From Gammaproteobacteria bacterium (GTDB lineage: Bacteria; Pseudomonadota; Gammaproteobacteria; SZUA-152), in assembly GCA_021647705.1 (NCBI GenBank), contig JAKIUF010000004.1:74878-138877 (forward strand): a stretch of DNA of 64,000 bases, read 5' to 3'. Below, one piece after another: positions 51,141 through 61,121 of this stretch. The number at the start of each line of letters is the position of its first letter. Position 1 is the stretch's first letter. Position numbers and translations under genes: made by a program. Under the pieces are notes generated by a model that saw only the letters and a list, made by a program, of their open reading frames with translations, did no database searches and was not told where the DNA came from.

Positions 51141-51531
51141 GGATCATTCAAACGAGTCAAGCCAACGTATCTCCTGCCGATACCAAAGACACATTCTGGA
51201 TAGCAATATCATTCCCTATGACAACCTCAAACGTCACTATATCTATAGTGTTTGAGACTCAGGTGTTAAGTGTGCGTCATATCCATCATATGACTCCACT
51301 AAAAGCAGACGATCTTCGACTAGGAAAATAATACGCAACAGAAAAACCATTTTACAAAATTTAATGCATCCATGGAATAAAGAGAGCATGTGACCAATGC
51401 CAGAGTCTCAAATGCTATGGTTGCCTCAGTACTTGCCGTTCAATAGAAAGATATCTTTCCAAAATAAAAGTCTGCGAGAAGCGTTTCTACAAAATGTATT
51501 ATTGACCCGGTTACTGGAGCCGTTTGAAAAC

Positions 51532-54495
51532 ATGCGCAATACATTAACTAATATATTCGCAACAAAGACAAGTAATACCAGTAGCCAAATTCCCACATCC
51601 CTGACTGTGGGGATTTTACTCGTCTGTGTGATGCCTTTTGTGCTCACACTTCTAGGTATGGATTTCGGGACTCGTGGTATACCCGTTGATCATTCATGGG
51701 CACTACAAGCGCCAGAATATGATGTGATTGATGCCCAGTTTCGCGCACTGTCCGGTGCCTTTACCCACACGCTACTGGAATGGAGTGCATTCTGTGTGGC
51801 AACCTTCGTGGTATTTCTGGCTTTCAGCCACTACAAAATCACCCATGATGTCACCACTCCTATTATTGGTGTCGCTTTTTTCATGGCAGGCTGCATGGAT
51901 GCTTTTCATACTTTGGCGGCAGACCGACTATTCGATGCAGTAGCAGACAACCACGACCTGATTCCTTTTACTTGGGCTATTTCCCGTTTGTTCAGCGCAC
52001 TCATTATGATCATTGGTGTGGGCATTGTGTTATTCCGCAACCCGGAAACCAATAAAAAACCCGGTTTTGGTTTTGTTATCGGCATCAGTCTGCTTTTTGG
52101 AATAGCTGCCTATATCATTATTCATATTTCCGCCACATCCACCCAACTGCCACAAACAACTTACCCTGATGCTATTTTAACACGACCATACGATGCCTTA
52201 CCGTTGGTACTGTTTGCTTTTGCCGGGTTAATAATATTTCCCCGCCTGTATAAACGTCATCCAAGTTTGTTCGCTTATACGCTCATTATCAGTGCAGTAC
52301 CGGAAGTTATCACCCAGCTGCATATGACTTTTGGCTCCACAGCACTGTTCGATAATCATTTTAATATCGCCCATTTTCTGAAAATCGTTGCCTATACCGT
52401 TCCTCTCATTGGCCTGACCCTGGATTATATCCGTGCTCAGCAAACATTGCAGCTGGAAATCGCAGAACGCATGGAAGCAGAAAGTGCATTAAAAATCATC
52501 GAAACCCGTCAGCGTACTATTCTGGAAACAGTGGCTGATGCCATCATCACTATCAATAAAAAAGGCATCATTCAAACATTCAATCCCGCTGCTGAGAAAA
52601 TTTTCGGTTACCCTGCTGCCGAAGCGTTAGGGAATAATATATCCATGCTTCTGCCGGAAAAAGAACAAAAGGAACACGACTGCTATGTCATAAATTCTCA
52701 ACTACATTCTCCCCGCATTTTCAATCAAGACCGTGAGCTACAAGGGCGACGTAAAGATGGTTCTCTATTACCGCTGGAACTCAATATCGCACCAATGAGA
52801 CTAGAGAAAGAACAAGGATTTGTTGGCGTCCTGCGTGATATCACTGAACGTAAAAAAAATGAAAGTGCGTTACAAAGTGCGATAGAAAAAGCCGAGGCGG
52901 CCAGTCAGGCCAAATCTCTTTTTTTAGCGACCATGAGCCATGAAATTCGTACTCCGATGAATGCTGTATTAGGCATTCTTGGCCTGCTCAAGGAAAGCAC
53001 TCTGAATAACCAACAGCGGCATTTAGTACACACGGGTCGTGAATCTGGTGAACTGCTGCTGACAATTATCAATGACATCCTCGACTTTTCCAAAATGGAG
53101 GCTGACAAGCTGCAATTGGAGCACACTTGTTTTGATCTTCATCGCTTACTGACTAACAGTATTGAGCTGCTCAAACTACAGGCTGAACGTAAAGGGCTTA
53201 TCCTTGAACTGAACCTCGATTCAGACTTGCCACGGTATGCCAAAGGTGACCCGGACCGGCTACGCCAAATTTTGCTCAAACTAGGTAATAATGCGACTAA
53301 ATTTACCCGCGATGGCCGGATTAACATTAGCGCCTCCGCTGCTCGCATTAATGATACAGCGTTCACCCTCCACTGTACCGTACAAGACACGGGCATTGGT
53401 ATTTCCCAAGAACACCAAGCTACCTTGTTCGAAGAATTCACAATGGCAGACCAGGGACACACCAGAACCCACGAAGGAACGGGACTGGGACTCGCCATTT
53501 GTAAACGCCTGGTCTCACTCATGCAGGGCAGTATTAACATGAGTAGTGAAGCTGGAAAAGGCAGCCTCTTCTTCTTTGATGTGAAGCTCGAATTGGCAAC
53601 AGAACAGGAATGTGGCAACGCACAAGCAATAATGAAACCACAGCAACTGCCTCCAACCAATACACGTATTCTGTTAGCAGAAGATAACCCCGCTAATCAG
53701 ATGGTGATCAAAAATATCCTGGAATCTTCTAACTTGCGAGTCGATATTGTTGCCAACGGTCGTGAAGCCATTGAGGCCGTACGCCATCTACCTTACGACA
53801 TCGTACTAATGGATATTTCCATGCCGGAAATGGATGGCATAACAGCGACGCGGGAAATTCGCCAACTCCCCGGAAAAATGAGCAAACTTCCCATTATTGC
53901 TCTTACCGCTCATTCACTCTCAGGGGATAAAGAACGCTTTCTTGCGGCAGGCATGGATGAGTACCTGAGCAAACCCATAGACCGCGCCGCCATGTTACAC
54001 TGCATCGCCCACTGTATCGGTAAAACCATAGAACAAAAAACCATCGAACAAAAACCTCAACCAGACTCAGTGATACCACAACCCAACACACCTCCTGCCA
54101 ATACCACAGATAATCATATGGATCCGTTTGTAGATGAAAGTGTACTGCAACAACTGACGCACGACACTGCCCCCGAAATCGTTCCTGGACTACTGATGTT
54201 TTACATCGAGGATGCCCGCAAGCGGGTAGAACAAATCCAGAATGCCATCATAAAAAAAGATATTGAAGCCCTGGAATTTGAAAGCCATACATTAGGCAGT
54301 AGCGCTGCGGCTCACAGCAACGCAAAACTGTGCGCTCTGGCACGAAAAATAGAATGTCTTTGCCAGGAAGGTGCCTATCAACAAGCACTATCGGAAGCTG
54401 CGTCGTTATCATCCATTGCCAATGAGTCTTTCCGTCAGCTGGCAGAGCGTGCCAACAAGAAATTTGAAATAACCAATAAAGAAGAAAAAACATGA
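51532..54495 (+). CDS. Hybrid sensor kinase (multi-TM MASE-like-PAS-HisKA-HATPase-REC-Hpt)
   Basis: About 7-8 TM segments; FNPAAEKIFGY..EHD.Y..GRRKDG..RDITERK; SHEIRTPMN; REC; HTLGSS. ORF is open from 51397; ATG at 51532 has an RBS-like GGAG. Confidence 0.92.
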   Translation: MRNTLTNIFATKTSNTSSQIPTSLTVGILLVCVMPFVLTLLGMDFGTRGIPVDHSWALQAPEYDVIDAQFRALSGAFTHTLLEWSAFCVATFVVFLAFSHYKITHDVTTPIIGVAFFMAGCMDAFHTLAADRLFDAVADNHDLIPFTWAISRLFSALIMIIGVGIVLFRNPETNKKPGFGFVIGISLLFGIAAYIIIHISATSTQLPQTTYPDAILTRPYDALPLVLFAFAGLIIFPRLYKRHPSLFAYTLIISAVPEVITQLHMTFGSTALFDNHFNIAHFLKIVAYTVPLIGLTLDYIRAQQTLQLEIAERMEAESALKIIETRQRTILETVADAIITINKKGIIQTFNPAAEKIFGYPAAEALGNNISMLLPEKEQKEHDCYVINSQLHSPRIFNQDRELQGRRKDGSLLPLELNIAPMRLEKEQGFVGVLRDITERKKNESALQSAIEKAEAASQAKSLFLATMSHEIRTPMNAVLGILGLLKESTLNNQQRHLVHTGRESGELLLTIINDILDFSKMEADKLQLEHTCFDLHRLLTNSIELLKLQAERKGLILELNLDSDLPRYAKGDPDRLRQILLKLGNNATKFTRDGRINISASAARINDTAFTLHCTVQDTGIGISQEHQATLFEEFTMADQGHTRTHEGTGLGLAICKRLVSLMQGSINMSSEAGKGSLFFFDVKLELATEQECGNAQAIMKPQQLPPTNTRILLAEDNPANQMVIKNILESSNLRVDIVANGREAIEAVRHLPYDIVLMDISMPEMDGITATREIRQLPGKMSKLPIIALTAHSLSGDKERFLAAGMDEYLSKPIDRAAMLHCIAHCIGKTIEQKTIEQKPQPDSVIPQPNTPPANTTDNHMDPFVDESVLQQLTHDTAPEIVPGLLMFYIEDARKRVEQIQNAIIKKDIEALEFESHTLGSSAAAHSNAKLCALARKIECLCQEGAYQQALSEAASLSSIANESFRQLAERANKKFEITNKEEKT

Positions 54496-55889
54496 GCGAT
54501 AAACCAAATGTACTTTTAGTGGAGGATGCAAAACCCCAGGCGGTACTCTTCCAGCAATATCTGAAAAATGAAATGATTAACCTGACCCATGTTGCTACAG
54601 GAGAGGATGCCAAGACAATCATTGCCACAAACCCACCTGATTTAATCCTGCTCGATCTTAAATTGCCGGATATGGAGGGACAGGAAATCCTGCGCTGGAT
54701 AAAACAGGAAAAGTTTCCCACATCTGTCATTATCATCACCGGCCACAGCTCAGTGGATGTTGCTGTAGATGTTATGCGCATCGGCGCAGAAGACTTTTTG
54801 GAAAAACCGGTCACTGCAAGCAGACTACAAATAACTGTCAGAAATCTGCTGGAACGGTCCCGCCTGCAACATTTAATTGATGACTACCAGAACACATTTG
54901 ATCGTCAACGCTACCACGGTTTTATCGGTTACAGTCTACCCATGCAAGCGGTCTACCGTATTATCGATGCCGCTGCTCCCAGTAAAGCTACCGTATTTAT
55001 TACGGGTGAAAGTGGTACTGGCAAAGAAGTTTGTGCCGAAGCAATCCACGCACAAGGCACCCGTGCCGAACACTCCTTTATCGCATTGAATTGTGCGGCC
55101 ATTCCCCACGACCTGATGGAGAGTGAAATTTTTGGGCACATTAAAGGTGCCTTTACTGGAGCTTCTGCCGAACGTAAGGGTGCCGCTTTACTTGCTAATG
55201 GCGGTACTTTATTTCTGGATGAAATTGGCGAAATGGATCTGGATCTGCAAACCAAATTATTGCGATTCATCCAAACCGGCAGCTTTCAAAAAGTTGGTGG
55301 CAGTAATCTGGAAAAAGTTGATGTGCGCTTTATTTGTGCCACCAACCGCGATCCACTGGAAGATATCGCTGCCGGACGCTTTAGAGAAGACCTCTACTAC
55401 CGGTTACATGTCGTTCCTTTGCATTTGCCACCTTTACGCGAACGTGGTGACGACATCATAGAAATTGCCCAGCACTTCCTGATTGCCTATGCGCAGGAAG
55501 AGGGCAAAGGGTTCACAACATTCACCCCTGAGGTCGAGGTTATTCTTCGTCGTTACAATTGGCCAGGAAATGTGCGCCAGCTACAAAATGTCATCCGTAA
55601 CATTGTCGTTCTGCACGATGAAAAATCCGTCACTCTGGCTCACCTTCCAGCACCACTCAACACGTCATTAAACAATCTGGAAATTTCTCATCTAACGCAA
55701 CCATTACAACAAACGGAGGCGACAGACAATCTCAAACATGCGCCAATAAAACCATTAGCCAGCGTCGAGCGTGATGTTATTGAACGAGCGATTAAAATCT
55801 GTGATGGCAATATCCCAAAAGCTGCCGCTCTGCTTGAAGTGAGCCCTTCAACAATATATCGGAAAAAGCAGGGTTGGGAGTCAACCTGA
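54492..55889 (+). CDS. sigma54-dependent response regulator, LuxO/SypG family
   Basis: REC (LDLKLPDM), GESGTGKEVCAEAIH, GAFTGA, DLQTKLLRFIQTG.FQKVG, WPGNVRQLQN, HTH VSPSTIYRK. Confidence 0.93.
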   Translation: MSDKPNVLLVEDAKPQAVLFQQYLKNEMINLTHVATGEDAKTIIATNPPDLILLDLKLPDMEGQEILRWIKQEKFPTSVIIITGHSSVDVAVDVMRIGAEDFLEKPVTASRLQITVRNLLERSRLQHLIDDYQNTFDRQRYHGFIGYSLPMQAVYRIIDAAAPSKATVFITGESGTGKEVCAEAIHAQGTRAEHSFIALNCAAIPHDLMESEIFGHIKGAFTGASAERKGAALLANGGTLFLDEIGEMDLDLQTKLLRFIQTGSFQKVGGSNLEKVDVRFICATNRDPLEDIAAGRFREDLYYRLHVVPLHLPPLRERGDDIIEIAQHFLIAYAQEEGKGFTTFTPEVEVILRRYNWPGNVRQLQNVIRNIVVLHDEKSVTLAHLPAPLNTSLNNLEISHLTQPLQQTEATDNLKHAPIKPLASVERDVIERAIKICDGNIPKAAALLEVSPSTIYRKKQGWEST

Positions 55890-56834
55890 TTTACGGCATT
55901 GCATAACATCGAAACTTATAGCTTCGGAGCGATCAATAAACATCTGCAATCCCTGGGCTAAGGTATACTTAGCCGTTACACCTAAAGCCTGTTGCGCATA
56001 ACCAGGATCGCCAACTGATACACGTATATCACCTTTGCGTGTTGATTGGTATACAACCGGTACTTGCAGTGCGGTAATCGACATCACTGTTTTTGCAAGC
56101 TGATTGATCGTAACAGCCTCACCAGTACAAACATTAAATACAGTGGGAGTGCGGTTTATATTTTTCATGGAGACACATAAAAACCGCACAACATCTCCAA
56201 CATAAATAAAGTCACGAGTCTGTTCTCCATCACCAAAAATAGTCAACGCCTGATGATTCATGATCCGATCCACAAAAATTGAAATAACGCCCGAGTAGAA
56301 TGAGGCAGGGTTTTGACGTGGTCCATAGACATTAAAGAAGCGCATACCCGTGGTGGGAACACCATGTACTAATGATGCAACTTGCGCATGCAATTCCGAA
56401 CCAAGTTTATCGGCCCCGTAGGCTACCAGAGGGCTTACCGCCGAACTTTCCTTCAAGGGAATATCGGCATTATCACCATAAACTGCGGCGGACGAGGCAT
56501 ACACCACTGGTATTCTTTTTTCTTTGGCCGCATCAAATACGTTAATTGTGCCAGTCAAGTTTACCTGATGAGTGCGAACCCAGTCTTCATTGGATTGTTG
56601 TACTGAGGCAATAGCCGCAAGGTGGAAACACCCATCCATATCTCGCATACAGTGACGAACCGTTTCACTGTCAGCAACATCTCCCGTAATAACTTCACAT
56701 TGAGGTGGAACATTCTCCATCTTACCGGTGGAAAAATCATCAAGGATACGTACCTGATGACCATCCTTCAGCAGACTTTCAGCCAAGTGTGAACCAATAA
56801 AACCACAACCACCGGTAACCAGATAATTTGCCAT
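55881..56834 (-). CDS. NAD-dependent epimerase/dehydratase (UDP-sugar 4-epimerase-like)
   Basis: LVTGGCGFIGSHL, HLAA, ASSAAVYG, YGADK, RFFNVYGPRQ. Confidence 0.93.
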   Translation of the reverse strand: MANYLVTGGCGFIGSHLAESLLKDGHQVRILDDFSTGKMENVPPQCEVITGDVADSETVRHCMRDMDGCFHLAAIASVQQSNEDWVRTHQVNLTGTINVFDAAKEKRIPVVYASSAAVYGDNADIPLKESSAVSPLVAYGADKLGSELHAQVASLVHGVPTTGMRFFNVYGPRQNPASFYSGVISIFVDRIMNHQALTIFGDGEQTRDFIYVGDVVRFLCVSMKNINRTPTVFNVCTGEAVTINQLAKTVMSITALQVPVVYQSTRKGDIRVSVGDPGYAQQALGVTAKYTLAQGLQMFIDRSEAISFDVMQCRKSG

Positions 56835-56860
56835 TTTATACACTCTCTTTAATTTAGGTA

Positions 56861-56952
56861 TTTGATATTAATTAATCACTGAAAACATACCGGGATACGG
56901 TATTTTCAGTAACTAAAGTGCGAAAGAAAGATTTAGCCCTTAATTCACACCT
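56861..56952. repeat. Truncated copy of the MITE-like family
   Basis: TTTAGCCCTTAATTCACAC end and CGGGATACGGTATTTTCAGTAA interior match 32588-32643 inverted. Confidence 0.7.
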
Positions 56953-56965
56953 TACCTGCACGATA

Positions 56966-56981
56966 GGCAAGCGGCATGCCA
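56966..56981 (-). promoter_or_regulatory. sigma54 promoter for the epimerase
   Basis: Minus strand TGGCATGCCGCTTGCC; TTGCA-ATC-TGCAC at 57076-57088 lies about 100 bp upstream. Confidence 0.7.
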
Positions 56982-57227
56982 AGCTAAAATAAGCAGGATT
57001 CAGGTTGTTTTTCAGAATACTGGAGAATGGTAGGCGACACTCTGCATTGCACTTTGCGGCAGTAGGTGTCGATTCTTGCAATCTGCACCCTTTAATAATG
57101 CGCATTAATATCACAATATCGTTAATTTAAGCGAAGTTTTCTGCATGTTACAAATAATCGGTAAGCTTGCTGTCCCCAACAGCGTTGATATTAATATTTT
57201 ACCCTGATCGATTTACGCAAATAAAAA

Positions 57228-57243
57228 CGGCATCAATATTGCA
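57228..57243 (+). promoter_or_regulatory. sigma54 promoter for the sypI-like gene
   Basis: CGGCATCAATATTGCA, 30 nt before the ATG. Confidence 0.7.
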
Positions 57244-57272
57244 GCTATATCTATAAAAAAATAAGGATTGAC

Positions 57273-58289
57273 ATGGAACAAAAAAATAACGGTATCTGGA
57301 TTTTATTGGATAGCCGAAAACCGGGTGGTATCGAATCCCATGTACTGCAATTGGCCAGGGGATTACATAACCATAATAAAAACGTAACTGTGGTCTTTCT
57401 TACTCACTATGGGAATCATCCATTGCGCGTTGACCTTCAGCAGTTTGGCATCAACACCCTCTGTCTGGATGGGCGTATCACCACGTTGTGGAGAGAAATA
57501 CAAAAAGCACAACCGTTGATTCTTCACACACACGGTTACAAAGCGGGAATTTTGGGTCGCATTGTCGCCATGTTCTGTAAAATTCCGGTTGCATCCACAT
57601 ATCATGCTGGTGAAGTTTCATCCGGAAAAATGAACATATATGACTGGCTGGACCGGAAAACCGCTTGCCTTGCTTCCAGTGTCTTTGCCGTTAGTCCACA
57701 AATTGCACAACGTTTACCTGTCAATGCTAAGGTGGTTGATAATTTTGTTGATTGTAATCACCTGAAAATGTCGAACGGACAGCAAATTGCTTTTGTGGGA
57801 CGACTTAGCTCAGAAAAAGGCCCCGATTATTTTTTGAGATTGGCCAGTCGATTTCCAGAATGCCATTTCCATGTTTATGGCGATGGACCACAGACAAAAG
57901 AACTAAAAATCTCTGCATCCGGAAACCTCTATTTTCACGGCCAACAGCATGACATGACATCGATCTGGCCCCGGATTGGGCTTCTGGTTATGCCTTCACG
58001 TCACGAGGGTATGCCCATGGCAGCACTGGAAGCGATGGCTCAAGGCATTCCGGTACTGGCTTCCCGCATCGGAGCACTCGACCAACTGGTCGATACCAAC
58101 AGCAATGGTTGGTTGGTAGCACCAGGAAATGATGATGAGCTGGCAGACCGTTTGCAATTATGGCTTAGCATGAGTGAACAGAAAAAATATTTATTCAAAC
58201 AGGCTGCAAGGCAAACAATCTTGCAACGTTTTTCTGCCGATATCGCCATACCGCAACTCATCTTCAACTACGGGCAGATCGCAAGCTGA
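57273..58289 (+). CDS. GT4 glycosyltransferase, SypI-like
   Basis: IWILLDS...GGIESHV, HTHGYKAG, VGRLS.EKG, SRHEGMPMAALEAM. Confidence 0.9.
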   Translation: MEQKNNGIWILLDSRKPGGIESHVLQLARGLHNHNKNVTVVFLTHYGNHPLRVDLQQFGINTLCLDGRITTLWREIQKAQPLILHTHGYKAGILGRIVAMFCKIPVASTYHAGEVSSGKMNIYDWLDRKTACLASSVFAVSPQIAQRLPVNAKVVDNFVDCNHLKMSNGQQIAFVGRLSSEKGPDYFLRLASRFPECHFHVYGDGPQTKELKISASGNLYFHGQQHDMTSIWPRIGLLVMPSRHEGMPMAALEAMAQGIPVLASRIGALDQLVDTNSNGWLVAPGNDDELADRLQLWLSMSEQKKYLFKQAARQTILQRFSADIAIPQLIFNYGQIAS

Positions 58290-58403
58290 TTGCAATCTGC
58301 GAAGCAAACCAGAAAAACATACTGATAAAAATAATATTTCTTATTATTTTTCGATGAAAATCAATTAACAAACCTCATTACAGCGCTTGGCTCGTCTCTT
58401 GCA
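58290..58403 (+). promoter_or_regulatory. sigma54 promoter and activator site for the sypJKL-like genes
   Basis: TGGCTCGTCTCTTGCA (58388-58403); TTGCA-ATC-TGCGA (58290-58302). Confidence 0.8.
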
Positions 58404-58539
58404 AACCCTTTGATTACAGAGCATTTAGCCATTCAGGGTATCCGTATGCAATTACATCATATCAACCACCAGAGTATCGTCCTTACCTTTTTTCATCATT
58501 GGGCCGCACACGAAACAAATACCCCAATAAGGTCACATT

Positions 58540-59691
58540 ATGCGCTCTAAACGCCACTTACTGGTTATCGATCCCATCGCTTTCACAGGTGGATCAAAAA
58601 TTGCCACCGAAAATATTTTACGCCTACTCGATAGCGAACAAATACGCATCACTATTCTGACAGCAGATGCCGACTCATGGCATTGGCCACAACTAAAACG
58701 AGTGCGCCTGATTGAACCCAAATGGCTATCCCGGCAGGAACAAGGCATTCCTTATTTCCTGCGCCATCTGTTCATTGCCTTTCAACTGATGTTGACACGC
58801 TTACGTTTTGGTCGATTAGATATTACTATGGGCGCGTCAGGTCCCGGAGTTGATCTGGCACTTTATTTGTTAAAACCTGTTTTGGGATTTTGTCTTGTAC
58901 AATTAATACATGGCCCGGTTGCCCGTTCTCGCACTATTGCCCGCTGTCTACACGCGGCGAATGAAGTTCATTATTTAGAAAGTACGGCCGCTTCCCTGAT
59001 TGATGCACTACACACGCTTACTTCTACACAACATAAACTCACAGCACCCCATTTTCAAATCATGCAAAATGGTCTACCCGGTCATGCTTGGCCAAGCCGC
59101 TGCCAAAACAAGCGTCCTGTTATTTTCTGGGCTGCTTCACTACTGAAATGGAAGGGACTGGAAACGCTGCTCGATGCATTAAAACTTCTTGAAACCGGGA
59201 CACGCCCCGACACTCATATCTGTTATATACGACCTCAAAAAAACCCACTGCCAATAAGTGATGCCCCAGTGACACTTGATGCGGTGTACTGGCATGAAAA
59301 TCCTGTGCATCTGGATAAAATACGTGCCACCGCTAATATCTTCGTTTCCACCAGTCATCATGAACCCTTTGGTCTTTCCATACTGGAAGCCATGGCGGCG
59401 GGTCACTGTATATTGATCCCCGCAGATGATGCCTACTGGGATCGCACTCTGAAAAACAATATCAACTGTATCAAATACAGCCCGGGCGATACGATGGATC
59501 TGGCCAACAAGCTACGTTCTCTCAGTTGTGACATGGAACGCATCCGAAACCTGGGAAGTGCTGCCGCCAAAATAGCTTGTCACTATCGCGCTGAAACCCG
59601 ATACGCCACAATTAAAAATTCCCTGCAAGGACAAATAACGTCTCAAGAGAATGGGCAAACCACCCAGGCAAATACGGAAAATATTCCATGA
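58540..59691 (+). CDS. GT4 glycosyltransferase, SypJ-like
   Basis: DPIAF.GGSKIAT, GASGPGVD, WAASLLKWKG, EPFGLSILEAMAAG. Confidence 0.9.
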   Translation: MRSKRHLLVIDPIAFTGGSKIATENILRLLDSEQIRITILTADADSWHWPQLKRVRLIEPKWLSRQEQGIPYFLRHLFIAFQLMLTRLRFGRLDITMGASGPGVDLALYLLKPVLGFCLVQLIHGPVARSRTIARCLHAANEVHYLESTAASLIDALHTLTSTQHKLTAPHFQIMQNGLPGHAWPSRCQNKRPVIFWAASLLKWKGLETLLDALKLLETGTRPDTHICYIRPQKNPLPISDAPVTLDAVYWHENPVHLDKIRATANIFVSTSHHEPFGLSILEAMAAGHCILIPADDAYWDRTLKNNINCIKYSPGDTMDLANKLRSLSCDMERIRNLGSAAAKIACHYRAETRYATIKNSLQGQITSQENGQTTQANTENIP

Positions 59692-61121
59692 TTCATCAAC
59701 TACGCCGTTTGCCTGATGGATTAAAACAGGCCATCCTTTACGGCACAAGCATTGCGCTGATGAAGGGAGTATCACTGCTGATGCTGCCATTTATTGCCTA
59801 CCATTTGTCACCAGAAGAATTCGGTCGGCTTGAGGTCATCAGCACCTTCGCCATTATCGGCAGTATCCTGGTAGGCATGGGCATGGAAAATACCTTATTC
59901 CGCTTTGCTGGAATGTCACGTAACGCCAAAGATCGTCAACGCCTGGCCGCAGAAATTTTTACCCTGACCTTGATTATCGGCAGTACCGCTTGGCTTATCG
60001 GATGGTTTGCAGCGGAATTAATCGCCAGCTGGATACCGGGCAACCCCAGTCCCTATGAACTGCGACTGGTAATCTCAATGCTTGCACTAGAAGGATGTAT
60101 TTCCATCCCGCTTGGCTGGCTGCGTATGCGTAACCGAGCGACCCATTTTTTTCTTGCCACAGTCGGGCGCGCGCTAGCTCAGGCATTACTTGTTGTTATT
60201 TTATTAAATCTCGACAGAGGCGTGGAAGGTGTGTTGGAAGCAGGCCTGATAGCCGCTGTAGTGCAAGCACTGATACTCAGCTATCTGCATATTCGTGATA
60301 CCGGATTCGGCCTTAGTCGCACAACAGGGGTTCGCACACTTATTTATAGCCTTCCCCTTGTCGGCAGTGGCCTAGTGGCGTTTGCATTGAATGGTTTGGA
60401 TCGCTGGATTCTAGCGGACTATGCCTCCTTGACCGATGTAGCCCAGTTCGCTGTCGCCGCTAAATTTGCATTAGCGGTGGTGTTACTGCTACAACCCTTT
60501 GGCATGTGGTGGTTACCACGCCGTTTTGAGGTCATTAATGAACCTGACGGACATAAAAAAGCTGCTCATTTTATTGCACTGGGCATTGTCCTGGCTTTGA
60601 TTATCACAGTATTAGTCGGCCTTAGCTCCCCTCTACTGATAAACTGGTTGCTGCCCGACAGCTATGCCACAGCCAGTCAATATGCAATCGGACTAGTACT
60701 GGTTATGTTGCTCAAGGAAATGGCCGAGATGATCAACCCAGGGTGTTTCATTGGCAAAACTACCGGCACCCAGCTGCTTATCAATACTATTGGGGCCATT
60801 GTCGGCATTGTCGGCATGCTCTGGTGGACACCTGATTATGCTGTATGGGGTATTATCTTTGCGCTGCTGTCAGCGCAAGCTCTCCGTCTGCTGTTATTCT
60901 TCATTGCCAGTCAATATTTTTTACCATTACCCTATCCCGCCCGCTCACTGCTGATAATAATGATAATCAGTAGTGGCTGGTTAGCGCTAGGTTCTCAGGT
61001 CTCTACTATTGGGCAACAACTGCTGCTTATTACAGCAGCGATGATTACCCTGTTAGCAACCTCCCTACTACTCAAACTTATCCCGCTACCTAAAATGGCA
61101 GCAAAAAAAGTGTTCTCGTGA
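59688..61121 (+). CDS. Wzx-type polysaccharide flippase, SypK-like
   Basis: About 12-14 TM segments; KG.SLLMLP....LS..EFG, LDRW.L, QPF.MWW.P.RF. Confidence 0.88.
   Translation: MIHQLRRLPDGLKQAILYGTSIALMKGVSLLMLPFIAYHLSPEEFGRLEVISTFAIIGSILVGMGMENTLFRFAGMSRNAKDRQRLAAEIFTLTLIIGSTAWLIGWFAAELIASWIPGNPSPYELRLVISMLALEGCISIPLGWLRMRNRATHFFLATVGRALAQALLVVILLNLDRGVEGVLEAGLIAAVVQALILSYLHIRDTGFGLSRTTGVRTLIYSLPLVGSGLVAFALNGLDRWILADYASLTDVAQFAVAAKFALAVVLLLQPFGMWWLPRRFEVINEPDGHKKAAHFIALGIVLALIITVLVGLSSPLLINWLLPDSYATASQYAIGLVLVMLLKEMAEMINPGCFIGKTTGTQLLINTIGAIVGIVGMLWWTPDYAVWGIIFALLSAQALRLLLFFIASQYFLPLPYPARSLLIIMIISSGWLALGSQVSTIGQQLLLITAAMITLLATSLLLKLIPLPKMAAKKVFS

Noticed and set aside
54492..55889. Definitive luxO or sypG symbol
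   Set aside because: Motifs fit both; no luxU follows and the context favours SypG, but a phylogeny is needed.
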